From: Patescibacteria group bacterium
GTDB taxonomy: Bacteria > Patescibacteriota > Minisyncoccia > Phycocordibacterales > JAGLPS01
DNA length: 46,932 nucleotides
Assembly (NCBI GenBank): GCA_038057845.1
Contig: JBBUCK010000031.1
Span: 12,669-59,600 of the forward strand
Reading direction: 5' to 3'
Each line of letters opens with the position of its first letter. Within the stretch, counting starts at the first letter, position 1. The notes beneath the pieces are model-generated. The model worked only from the letters and a program-made list of their open reading frames with translations, ran no database searches and was not told the origin of the DNA. The translations under genes were made by a program, and so were the position numbers. Positions 16,526 to 24,692 of this stretch are shown here, one piece after another.

Positions 16526-17461
16526 ATGAGTAAATTTAGAAAAATTCTCGCAGGCTTTTCGGCAGTTGCCATTTCCGTGGCATTGATGCCGATGTTCGCC
16601 GCTTTTGAAGCCCACGTGATTAACGTTACAGCGAAAATTGAGAATGCTTTGTCGGTTCCAACAGAAGCCCTCAATTTCGGTACAGTGTTTCCACAGGAGC
16701 AACTTGCGAAGTTTCTCAATATCAGCCTCTCGCAATCTTTTAAAGATGAACCACAGGCTGACGATGTTAACTATATTATTCGCCAGAAACCGAAATGTGG
16801 CGTGACATCAGAAAATGGGACAATCTTGGTTGGTTCAACATGGACTGGCCATATAGTAGTTAATACTGACGGTTCAACTACGATTGATTGTAATAAGGAC
16901 AAACCAGCGGGTGTAGGAGATGGACAATACCTCTTGCCATCTCTTTGTGAATATGTTTCAAAACACCCAGATGGTAAAGACGATGATACTGATTCAAGCA
17001 CTGTAATTGGACAAACAAATGATGGGTCATTAAATTCATTTCACAAACCATTTGAGGTTCTTCCGGGGACAGGCACAACAACTCCGCCCGCAGCAAATTA
17101 TTACATTGATTGGAACGACACACCCGGTCGTCTTGCAAAATCAGAAAATGACACAACGGACAACTGGACAATTGACCTGAAAGTTCCATGTTTTGGCAAT
17201 TACTGCGCTCAAGACTGGGCAAGTTTTGTAACGGGCATCAATCCAAATGCAATTCCTGCTGATTACACTCAGGATATAACAAACGAGCACAAAATCTTTG
17301 GTTGCAACCTTTGGGTAGAAGTAACTGGTGTATCTCGTATACCAACTCAGTGTAATGACAATCAAGACAATGATAGAGATGGACTTGCTGATGAGTTAGA
17401 TCCAGGTTGTATGTTGAACAACGTCTACAATCCTCTAGATAATGATGAGAGTGATCTCTAA
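16526..17461 (+). CDS. secreted fibre-subunit candidate, paralogue A (311 aa), with a C-terminal Cys-bracketed acidic motif
   Basis: Signal peptide ending ..MFAAFEAHVINVTAKIENAL. Shares LNFGTVFPQE, IRQKPKC, GRLAKS, IDLKVPCFGNYCAQDW and FGCNLWVEV blocks with the next gene. C-terminus is CNDNQDNDRDGLADELDPGC. Confidence 0.85.
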   Translation: MSKFRKILAGFSAVAISVALMPMFAAFEAHVINVTAKIENALSVPTEALNFGTVFPQEQLAKFLNISLSQSFKDEPQADDVNYIIRQKPKCGVTSENGTILVGSTWTGHIVVNTDGSTTIDCNKDKPAGVGDGQYLLPSLCEYVSKHPDGKDDDTDSSTVIGQTNDGSLNSFHKPFEVLPGTGTTTPPAANYYIDWNDTPGRLAKSENDTTDNWTIDLKVPCFGNYCAQDWASFVTGINPNAIPADYTQDITNEHKIFGCNLWVEVTGVSRIPTQCNDNQDNDRDGLADELDPGCMLNNVYNPLDNDESDL

Positions 17462-17517
17462 CTAAATAGCGCTTAATAACTAGACGGGGAAACTGTTAGA
17501 AAGCGCTTACTACTGAA

Positions 17518-18873
17518 ATGAAAAAATTATTAACAGGAATAACAGCTTTGGGATTAGCTATTGCGTTGATTCCTATGGTTTCCGCGTATGAGGCCCACGT
17601 CATCAATGTTACGGCGACGATTGATAACGCTTTGACGGCAAATGTCTATTCTCTTGACTTCGGAACCGTCTTCCCGCAGGAAAAATTCGACAAACAATTC
17701 ACTATTGGTATGTCAAATTCTTTCCAGGCGGACCAGACTTACGATGACATTGAGTATGTGCTACGTCAGAAGCCTAAATGTCAACTCAATGAAATAGGAA
17801 GCCAAGTCATTCCAGCACTTCCACAATTCGGGCAAGTTACAGAGGAAGAAAATATCTTCGTCTGTAAAGACGAAGTGAATTACGACTTGATGGCGTTTCT
17901 TTGCCCGTATCTTTCCAAAGCCGAAGTCACCACAGACGGCACAGCACCAAATGGAGAGAATGACATGAATGTTCCAGAGTCAGAGAGCGGACACCTTGGT
18001 CCGGTCTACTCATTCCACGGCCCCATTCTGGTGGCTTCTTCCGATGGCGAGCCCACTTGGGATCTTCAAGATACTCTCACTTGGCAACAATGGGGACGTC
18101 TTGCGAAATCTGACCAAGATACTTCAGACCAGTGGAACATTGATTTAAAAGTTCCCTGCTTTGGAAATCATTGCGCGCAGGATTGGGCGGACTTCTTTCT
18201 CGCAAATGGAGGAAGTCAGAACGGCCATACTGGGGATGATGCCGCAGATTACATCCAACCAATCGGAAATGAGCACCTACTCTTTGGATGTGACTTATGG
18301 GTTGAAGTCAAAGATTTGAGTTTTACTCCGGAGACGGCGACACTTACAGTTAATAAGATTCTTATTACCGATAATGGAGGAAATGAAACCGCAACAAATT
18401 TTCAATTGTTTGTTGACGCGACCGCTGTAAGTAATGGAGTAGCAAATGTGCTTGCTCCCGGAAGCTATGTAGTAACTGAAATCGGAGTATCCGGTTATCA
18501 GGCGACATTTAGTGGTGATTGTAATGCTGGCGGTCAAATCACACTCGTCGCTGGACAGAATAAGCAGTGTACCATCACAAACGACGATATCGCGCCTAAC
18601 GTTACTCTCATTAAGAGTGTAACTAACAATGGCACTCCCCCAGGGACGGCACCGCCTTTTCAGTTCACTCTTCGTGTAGATGGCAATGTTGTACCGCAAA
18701 ACACATCTGTCGCGGTGACCGCGAACTCTTCTCATTCCATCACGGAGGATCCTAAGGCGGGATATAGTTTTACCTCGATTACGGGGGCAAATTGCCCGAC
18801 AAACCTTGGCGATTTGTTTTCTCTCAATGAAGGTCAAGCTATCACGTGTACTATCACAAACGACGATAATTAA
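17518..18873 (+). CDS. secreted fibre-subunit candidate, paralogue B (451 aa), with two C-terminal prealbumin/Cna-B-like domains
   Basis: Signal peptide ..MVSAYEAHVINVTATIDNAL. Same conserved blocks as paralogue A. C-terminal repeats end in CTITNDD twice (..GYQATFSGDC..CTITNDD and ..GYSFTSITGANC..CTITNDDN). Confidence 0.85.
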   Translation: MKKLLTGITALGLAIALIPMVSAYEAHVINVTATIDNALTANVYSLDFGTVFPQEKFDKQFTIGMSNSFQADQTYDDIEYVLRQKPKCQLNEIGSQVIPALPQFGQVTEEENIFVCKDEVNYDLMAFLCPYLSKAEVTTDGTAPNGENDMNVPESESGHLGPVYSFHGPILVASSDGEPTWDLQDTLTWQQWGRLAKSDQDTSDQWNIDLKVPCFGNHCAQDWADFFLANGGSQNGHTGDDAADYIQPIGNEHLLFGCDLWVEVKDLSFTPETATLTVNKILITDNGGNETATNFQLFVDATAVSNGVANVLAPGSYVVTEIGVSGYQATFSGDCNAGGQITLVAGQNKQCTITNDDIAPNVTLIKSVTNNGTPPGTAPPFQFTLRVDGNVVPQNTSVAVTANSSHSITEDPKAGYSFTSITGANCPTNLGDLFSLNEGQAITCTITNDDN

Positions 18874-18963
18874 ACTCCTAGCTTAGATATTCATTGTTCA
18901 ATCTCTAGCTCAACTACTTGTGATAGATGGGCTAGGGTCTTGAGCAATTAATGAATTAAAAAT

Positions 18964-19422
18964 ATGAATGGAGAAATAAAAAATGTAATGCCGGAAGAGG
19001 CAAAAAGAGAAAAACTTTCTTTACGGCAAAAAATAATTCTTGCGATAGTGGCGTTTCCTCTTCTCTTTGTCTTCTACGTTTCGCTTGACGCGAATAAATA
19101 CAAAGCATACGTGCGGGTAGTTCCCGGCGAGGGAATTGTCGGTGTGAATCCAACGGATAAAGCGCTTGATTTCGGAGACCTTTCTCGCGGCGGGCGGGCG
19201 GTACGAAAGGTAGCTATTCAAAACGGCACATTTATACCCGTGCAGATTGTAGTTCTCAAATGGGGAAGTATTGCCGATTTAATGGATGTGAATAAGGATA
19301 ATTTTAAACTGAGCGCGGGGGAAAATGCCGAGATTGAGTTTACGACGTATGTTCCCGCGTCAGCGGAAATAGACAAGATTTATAACGGAAGAGTATATCT
19401 ATTCAAAATTCCACGTTTCTAA
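18964..19422 (+). CDS. membrane-anchored single Ig-like (PapD/ASH-like) domain protein
   Basis: TM helix IILAIVAFPLLFVFYV followed by ..KAYVRVVPGEG, which resembles the EAHVINV junction. ALDFGDLSRGG..VAIQN..FKLSAGENAEIEF is typical of beta-sandwich ASH/PapD-like domains. Confidence 0.7.
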   Translation: MNGEIKNVMPEEAKREKLSLRQKIILAIVAFPLLFVFYVSLDANKYKAYVRVVPGEGIVGVNPTDKALDFGDLSRGGRAVRKVAIQNGTFIPVQIVVLKWGSIADLMDVNKDNFKLSAGENAEIEFTTYVPASAEIDKIYNGRVYLFKIPRF

Positions 19423-19456
19423 AAGAGTCGAAAGTCAAAAGTAAAACCAAAGAAAA

Positions 19457-19906
19457 ATGAGAATGATAATCAAAACCGTTCTAAACATCGTAATCTACTT
19501 CGCGATTGTCGCAGGGCTTGTGTTTGGTCTGCCGCATCTTCTCACGAAGTGGCTTGGTACGGAATATCCGATGGCGGCGATTACTTCAGGCTCAATGTGG
19601 CCCGCGCTTCACACAGGGGACCTTGTTTTCGTGCAAGGCGTTGCCAAAGAAGATTTGAAGGTAGGGGATGTTATTGTTTTCAAAAACTCCGAGACGGGAG
19701 TGTTTACCATTCACCGAATTTTTTCAATGGGTGAAAAAACTCTGACGACCAAAGGAGACGCGAACTTTGACCCCGACAAACCGACACCGTATGAAAATGT
19801 TGTCGGGAGACAATTGATTCTTTGGGGAAAAAAGGTTCACATTCCAATGCTCGGAAGAATAACGATGTTTGCGCAAAATATCAGAATCAATGCGGGCCGT
19901 CCTTGA
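19457..19906 (+). CDS. ER/archaeal-type (S26B, SipW/Sec11-like) signal peptidase I
   Basis: N-terminal TM helix. Catalytic-Ser box ITSGSMWPALHTGD. GDVIVF. His box FTIHRI in place of the Lys box of P-type enzymes. TKGDANFDPD (GDxN box). Confidence 0.8.
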   Translation: MRMIIKTVLNIVIYFAIVAGLVFGLPHLLTKWLGTEYPMAAITSGSMWPALHTGDLVFVQGVAKEDLKVGDVIVFKNSETGVFTIHRIFSMGEKTLTTKGDANFDPDKPTPYENVVGRQLILWGKKVHIPMLGRITMFAQNIRINAGRP

Positions 19907-19934
19907 CGAGCCTGGCACAGTTTGACCAATTTTC

Positions 19935-21740
19935 ATGCGGGGAACTAATTACAAAAAAAGAATAGAAAAATGGAACAAGAACACTGAAGTGCGCAAATAT
20001 TCTTTCGCGAATGTTGATGGAATTTTCGATAAACTCCTGATTTCAAATTATGTCGTGGTGCGGGGAACGATATCAATTCCCTCTTCTGAATTTCCCAAAA
20101 AAGAAGAAAAGAAAAATGGAAAAAAGTTTTCTTTCACTTCCCTATTTCTTAAACGTAATTTTTATTTCGGCGCTCTCTCTTCACTGCTTATTCTTTTGAA
20201 TGTTATTGTTCCGCTTAGCGCTTTTGAAGCTCATATTTTGAATGTAACAGCCAGCATTAAACAGAGAACATGCACTGTGGCGACATTTGAAAATGACGCT
20301 TCCGGTCTTGCGATTTTGGCAGGGCAAATTCTTGATAACGAGTACAGCGATTGGGGATTGACGATTTCCGCGGATAATAACCACGCAGGCGTTCCAGACT
20401 TGGCAGTTGCTTTCAATAGCGACGCGCCAAGCGGCGGAGATACCGATTTAGGAACTCCCAACAGTGATTTTGGCGGCCCTGGGGTTGGAGCGGGCGGAGC
20501 GAATGGGGAACCGGGGGAAAATAACCGCCTTGAACATAACCTTCTTGTGATTGCGCAGGATAATGTGGACGGCAATGGCGACCTGCGCGTTGACGACCCT
20601 TCCGATGAGCCTGACGGCGGATGGGTTTGGTTTACTTTTGACGCGCCAACGCGGGTTGAAAGTTTGCGTTTGATTGATATTGAAACCTTGGGAGTAAAAA
20701 TTGATGTATATAACGCGGCGGATATTTTGGAGGAAACAATTAACGTTCCTTCCCTCGGAAATAATTCATCTCAATACATGGCGATTAACAAAGAAGGGGT
20801 GAAGAAAATCGGAGTGTGGCTAACGGGGGAAGGCGCGTTGGACAGCCTTTGTTTTGACCCGATTGAAAAGCCGCAGATATGCGATGCGCGGTCAAAAGGA
20901 TATTGGGCAAATCATGAAGGATGCTCAAACGGAAGCGGGGAAAGTCTCTGGATGAGTGAGGTCAATGTTTTGAGTGACAGTTTCTTCGATATTTTTGCCA
21001 CGTCAACGGGAGCGCAGATATGTAGCGCTTTGTGGACGCCGAATTGTCCATCGGGGAACACAATTCCCTCGCGACTGTGCAAAGCGAAAGGCCATCTGTT
21101 GGCTGATGAGTTGAATGTCGTTTCCGGCCGCCTTGTTCTCACTGCGCTTATCGCCGGAGCCTATGACGGCGATGAAGCTTTCAGCAATCTTTCACTCACG
21201 CCGTTTTCGACAGTGGGACAAGCACTCGGAATGATTGAAGCGATTTTGGCTGATTCCAATTCCACTAAAAAAATGATTAACGATGCCGGATATGTCGCGC
21301 AACGTATTTATGAATTTTATGAAAATGAAAATCCGTTCAGGCCGCAGTGCGTTTTTGATCCTGAAGACGTGCCGCAATGTCTCGCGCCGTTAAACGTCAA
21401 CATTGAAATTAACAATAACGAAGAAATTGTGAATATTGTGGAAACTTCCTCAAACACGGGCGGGAACAGCGCGGGCGGGGGAGAAATTGAGACGGGAAAT
21501 GCAAGTTCAACCTCGGAAGTGACTAATATCGTCAACGAAACAATAATTGATATTCCGGATAATGGCATTGGAACGACGACTCAAAATATTGTTACAGAAT
21601 CTTCGATAGTGTCGCTCCAAAATGAAGCCGGTGGAAACGCGCAGGAAGATATTGTTGCCGAAGAAGTTATTATTCCAGAAGAAGTTGTGGAAGAATCTCC
21701 GCAAGAAAACTCACAGGAAGTTTCGACGATTTCTGAATAG
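19935..21740 (+). CDS. secreted fibre-operon protein C (601 aa), Cys-rich, with a C-terminal N/G/T repeat and an acidic tail
   Basis: Hydrophobic segment ..LLNVIVPLSAFEAHILNVTASIKQ has the same junction as A and B. The C-terminus NIVETSSNTGGNSAGGGEIETGNASSTSEVTNIVNETI matches the repeat of the 29.6-33.4 kb genes. The start is uncertain because 75 aa precede the hydrophobic core; GTG codons at 20053-20058 are alternatives. Confidence 0.8.
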   Translation: MRGTNYKKRIEKWNKNTEVRKYSFANVDGIFDKLLISNYVVVRGTISIPSSEFPKKEEKKNGKKFSFTSLFLKRNFYFGALSSLLILLNVIVPLSAFEAHILNVTASIKQRTCTVATFENDASGLAILAGQILDNEYSDWGLTISADNNHAGVPDLAVAFNSDAPSGGDTDLGTPNSDFGGPGVGAGGANGEPGENNRLEHNLLVIAQDNVDGNGDLRVDDPSDEPDGGWVWFTFDAPTRVESLRLIDIETLGVKIDVYNAADILEETINVPSLGNNSSQYMAINKEGVKKIGVWLTGEGALDSLCFDPIEKPQICDARSKGYWANHEGCSNGSGESLWMSEVNVLSDSFFDIFATSTGAQICSALWTPNCPSGNTIPSRLCKAKGHLLADELNVVSGRLVLTALIAGAYDGDEAFSNLSLTPFSTVGQALGMIEAILADSNSTKKMINDAGYVAQRIYEFYENENPFRPQCVFDPEDVPQCLAPLNVNIEINNNEEIVNIVETSSNTGGNSAGGGEIETGNASSTSEVTNIVNETIIDIPDNGIGTTTQNIVTESSIVSLQNEAGGNAQEDIVAEEVIIPEEVVEESPQENSQEVSTISE

Positions 21741-21756
21741 AAAAAATAAAGAAAAA

Positions 21757-21789
21757 CCCCTCGTTTTGCTCATTGAGCAAAACGAGGGG
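21757..21789. terminator. bidirectional rho-independent terminator
   Basis: CCCCTCGTTTTGCTC-ATT-GAGCAAAACGAGGGG flanked by A-run and T-run. It lies between convergent genes. Confidence 0.85.
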
Positions 21790-21791
21790 TT

Positions 21792-22349
21792 TTATGTATC
21801 AAACAATTCTTTAACGGAACTTTTGCGTCTATCACCATTCACGAAGTTCTCAATTTGAAAGGCGATGTCTATGGCGCGTGGAGTTGTGGTGTCAATAACG
21901 AGGTCATAATTTTTGGGATAATCAAACTTAAGTATCCCGTACAGATTTTTGTATCGTTCTCTGATTGCCCGTTCTCTTTGCAGAGTAACTTTCTCTGCTT
22001 CTTTAAGCAAGAGTTTATCACGAAAAGCGATTCTCCTAAATCGCTCATAGTTATCACATACGAGTAGGATTTTTTTGGAATCGGGTATGTAATGATAAGC
22101 GATTCTGCCGTCGAAAATGAAATTATCATTTTTTATCCCGAATTCTTCGGTTTGGGCGTCAACCCTCCTGTCGTAAACTGGTGTATCTATTGCCAGTTGT
22201 TCAAGCTTTGATGAAGAGATTTCAAGCCCAATGGCAATATTACGGAAAAATTCTCCCGCTGACATAAATTTATACCCCAACTTTTCGGCAAGGATTTTTC
22301 CGACAGTTCCTTTACCTGTTCCCGCTAAACCTCCGATGGTTATTTTCAA
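21792..22349 (-). CDS. P-loop nucleoside-monophosphate kinase, cytidylate-kinase-like (archaeal-type)
   Basis: MKITIGGLAGTGKGTVGKILAEKLGY P-loop in a 185-aa NMP-kinase-sized protein. Substrate specificity cannot be determined by eye. Confidence 0.65.
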   Translation of the reverse strand: MKITIGGLAGTGKGTVGKILAEKLGYKFMSAGEFFRNIAIGLEISSSKLEQLAIDTPVYDRRVDAQTEEFGIKNDNFIFDGRIAYHYIPDSKKILLVCDNYERFRRIAFRDKLLLKEAEKVTLQRERAIRERYKNLYGILKFDYPKNYDLVIDTTTPRAIDIAFQIENFVNGDRRKSSVKELFDT

Positions 22350-22663
22350 TTTTCACCCCTCCTTTCTTTCTGGCCACAAGATTACTCTTTTATAAAGGCA
22401 ATGTCAAAAAGATTATGTACAAAAACGGAACGGCTCTCATCTATCTGCAGTAGATGAGAGCCGGTTGTTTTGAATGGAGTTTGTCTTACGGACTTTTTTT
22501 AATAACTAAAAAATTAAAAAAAGTTTGTGAGACTTTTCAGTCCGTCACAGATTACCTCCCTTCCTTGTGATTTGAACTTACCAAAATATATTTTATGACT
22601 GAAAGAGAAAGTGGTCAAACAAAGTCGTGTATAATGTGAGTCAATAAAATAAATACAAATTTT

Positions 22664-23362
22664 ATGGAAAATGATGACCTTGAAAATTTGGCCAAAGAGT
22701 TTGTAAAGAAGAACGAAGATTTTATAATAGCAAAATTTGCTGGAGAAAGTTCTTATATACCAGATTCAACGCCAATTTCTCTTTTTATGGCAGGTTCTCC
22801 TGGGGCAGGAAAGACGGAGGTCTCAAGAAGTCTCGTGAAGAAGTTCAACAGTATGCCCATATTAATTGATGCTGATGAATTAAGAAAGATATGCCCTGGC
22901 TATATTGGTACTAATGCTCATATTTTTCAAAAGGCGGCCGTAAAAGGTATAAATATACTTTTAGACCATGCTTTGGATAACAAACTTAATTTTATTCTTG
23001 ATGGGACATTTGCATATGCTGATCCTATAGCCAATATACAAAGGTCAATTGACCGTTCACGAGTCGTGGAGGTTTGGTTCATATATCAAAAACCAGAACT
23101 TGCTTGGAAATTCACACAAATAAGAGAAGCTGTGGAATCAAGAAGGGTTGTTAAGGAAAAATTCATTGAAGCTACGATAAAATCAAGAGATAATGCTATT
23201 TCAGCGAAAAAGCATTTTGGAAAAGCCATAGAATTAAATTTACTTACAAAAAACCTGGACAACACCGACGGTGATATTAGATTGAACATTTCCACAAAAG
23301 AACTTGACCGCTATTTGGGTACTGGCTATACTAAGGATGAGTTGAACAACTTATTGGAATGA
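22664..23362 (+). CDS. zeta-toxin-family P-loop kinase-like protein
   Basis: Walker A MAGSPGAGKTEVS, then ILIDADELRK and NFILDGTFAY, as in zeta-toxin (PF06414-type) proteins. Confidence 0.7.
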   Translation: MENDDLENLAKEFVKKNEDFIIAKFAGESSYIPDSTPISLFMAGSPGAGKTEVSRSLVKKFNSMPILIDADELRKICPGYIGTNAHIFQKAAVKGINILLDHALDNKLNFILDGTFAYADPIANIQRSIDRSRVVEVWFIYQKPELAWKFTQIREAVESRRVVKEKFIEATIKSRDNAISAKKHFGKAIELNLLTKNLDNTDGDIRLNISTKELDRYLGTGYTKDELNNLLE

Positions 23363-23547
23363 TGAATATCTTAAAAAGTTTATTTATAAAGAAAAGTCCA
23401 AAAAAAGCAGAAAAGAACGACTTTTCTGAGTTTTTTGTTAATGCAAAATCTAAAGATAAGACCAAAATTATGAGGCATGTTCTTAGGGAAGCTACTGAAC
23501 AGCAAAGAGCGGTAATAAAGAAATATGAGGAGATGAAAACCGCTTAA
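23359..23547 (+). CDS. small basic protein translationally coupled to the zeta-like gene
   Basis: ATGA start/stop overlap with the upstream gene. Ends inside a terminator hairpin. 62 aa, no family recognised. Confidence 0.5.
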   Translation: MMNILKSLFIKKSPKKAEKNDFSEFFVNAKSKDKTKIMRHVLREATEQQRAVIKKYEEMKTA

Positions 23548-23558
23548 AGCGGTTTTTT
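23537..23558 (+). terminator. rho-independent terminator
   Basis: AAACCGC-TTAAA-GCGGTTT followed by TTTT. The stop codon lies in the loop. Confidence 0.75.
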
Positions 23559-23666
23559 CTCAGCTTTCAGGTAATTTTTTTCGGAACTATACCTCTTTCT
23601 AAAAATATCTAATTATAAGTGTAGAAAAAGATTCCAAGATCTACAAAGTTGGCAGGTCTCTTTTTG

Positions 23667-23797
23667 TGGGCGATAGGGGACTTGAACCTTACAGGTTCAG
23701 TACCCCGATTGGATTTTTTCTTTGTTTAAGAAAACTCAAAAAATACTCAATCGGGCTTCGAGTCCCCAAGAAAAGCACCCCGCGCTTTTCTCTCGCC
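23667..23797 (-). pseudogene. tRNA-derived, non-foldable tRNA-like element (scrambled tRNA-Val 3'-end copies)
   Basis: 27 nt at 23662-23688 match the tRNA-Val 3' end plus flank at 23822-23848 with 2 mismatches. Acceptor-like GGCGAGA..TATCGCC and D-arm-like AAAG..CTTT are present. I found no workable anticodon or T stems. Extra T-arm-like GGTTCAGTACCCC and GGGCTTCGAGTCCCC fragments occur in the opposite orientation. Confidence 0.4.
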
Positions 23798-23826
23798 ACA
23801 CAAAATATACCCACTTCGTTATTTTG

Positions 23827-23900
23827 TGGGCGATAGAGGACTCGAACCTCTGACCTCGTCAATGTCAATGACGCGCTCTAGCCACCTGAGCTAATCGCCC
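23827..23900 (-). tRNA. tRNA-Val (anticodon GAC)
   Basis: The reverse complement folds as a cloverleaf: GGGCGAT / GCTC..GAGC / CGTCA-TTGACAT-TGACG / AGAGG-TTCGAGT-CCTCT / ATCGCCC-A. Confidence 0.92.
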
Positions 23901-23975
23901 GAATGTATCAAAACATTACCGCAAAATTATATTTTGTGAAAGAGTAAAAAACTTCCCACGCACTTTAATTTGAGA

Positions 23976-24425
23976 TTAAAAGATTTTCTCTCCCGACGCC
24001 TTCCATCGTTTGAATAAATGCATTGCTGAAAAAATATAGATGATGCCGACGAGTACAAAGAGATAGTAATTTGAGGAAATAGACATACCAATGTTTGTTC
24101 CAATAAGACCAGTGATACCTAAATTAAATCCTGAAACAATGTTTACAAAAAATGCGACTGTATCCATTTGCGCCTTTCCGCCAAACAACATTTTATTATT
24201 TTGATTCCAACGGTAAAGGAGGTAACCAGAAACGATACCGGAAATTATCCAGGCGATTGTAAGAAGGGAACTGACAAGGCTATAAAAAATCAATGGAGTA
24301 ATCTTGAGAATTGGAGGATAGCCACCGATAAACAATGCTATTGATGCAATGATTAAACGCGCCTCTGACCACAAGAAACTATAACGTTCTAACATATGAG
24401 GTTTCAAATGTTCGTTTTGATTCAT
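23976..24425 (-). CDS. hypothetical 4-TM membrane protein
   Basis: 149-aa ORF with four hydrophobic helices. No family recognised. Confidence 0.6.
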   Translation of the reverse strand: MNQNEHLKPHMLERYSFLWSEARLIIASIALFIGGYPPILKITPLIFYSLVSSLLTIAWIISGIVSGYLLYRWNQNNKMLFGGKAQMDTVAFFVNIVSGFNLGITGLIGTNIGMSISSNYYLFVLVGIIYIFSAMHLFKRWKASGEKIF

Positions 24426-24520
24426 ATTGATAGGGTTATTTATAATTCAGTTTCAATATAGCACATGTATGTGTGGTGATATAATGGCACTGAGAAGTAT
24501 TACTCATTTATAATTTAGAT

Positions 24521-24679
24521 ATGAATAATTCAAGCAATGTAAATACGATTCTTTTAGTAGTAGTGTTGTTACTTCTTGTGGGCGGAGGAATCTGGTGGTA
24601 CCAGACATATGGCCCAGGAATGCCAGAGCCCGAATCATCAGGGCTACAGATAAATATTGGGGAAAAGAGTCAATATTAA
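24521..24679 (+). CDS. possible 52-aa single-pass membrane peptide
   Basis: Hand-translated: MNNSSNVNTILLVVVLLLLVGGGIWWYQTYGPGMPEPESSGLQINIGEKSQY. Below the track cutoff. Confidence 0.3.
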   Translation: MNNSSNVNTILLVVVLLLLVGGGIWWYQTYGPGMPEPESSGLQINIGEKSQY

Positions 24680-24692
24680 AAATTCGTAACTA

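Noticed and set aside
8287-21740. Diversity-generating retroelement targeting the surface proteins
   Set aside because: There is no reverse-transcriptase gene in the window, and I saw no template/variable repeat pair with adenine-specific differences. The internal repeats are ordinary domain duplications.
23667-23797. Calling this element a functional tRNA (a CTCGAAG loop could read as a CGA/Ser anticodon with a long insertion)
   Set aside because: No 5-bp anticodon stem can be drawn around that loop. The T-stem has at most 2 bp and the acceptor has a mismatch. It is treated as a tRNA-derived scar or pseudogene.
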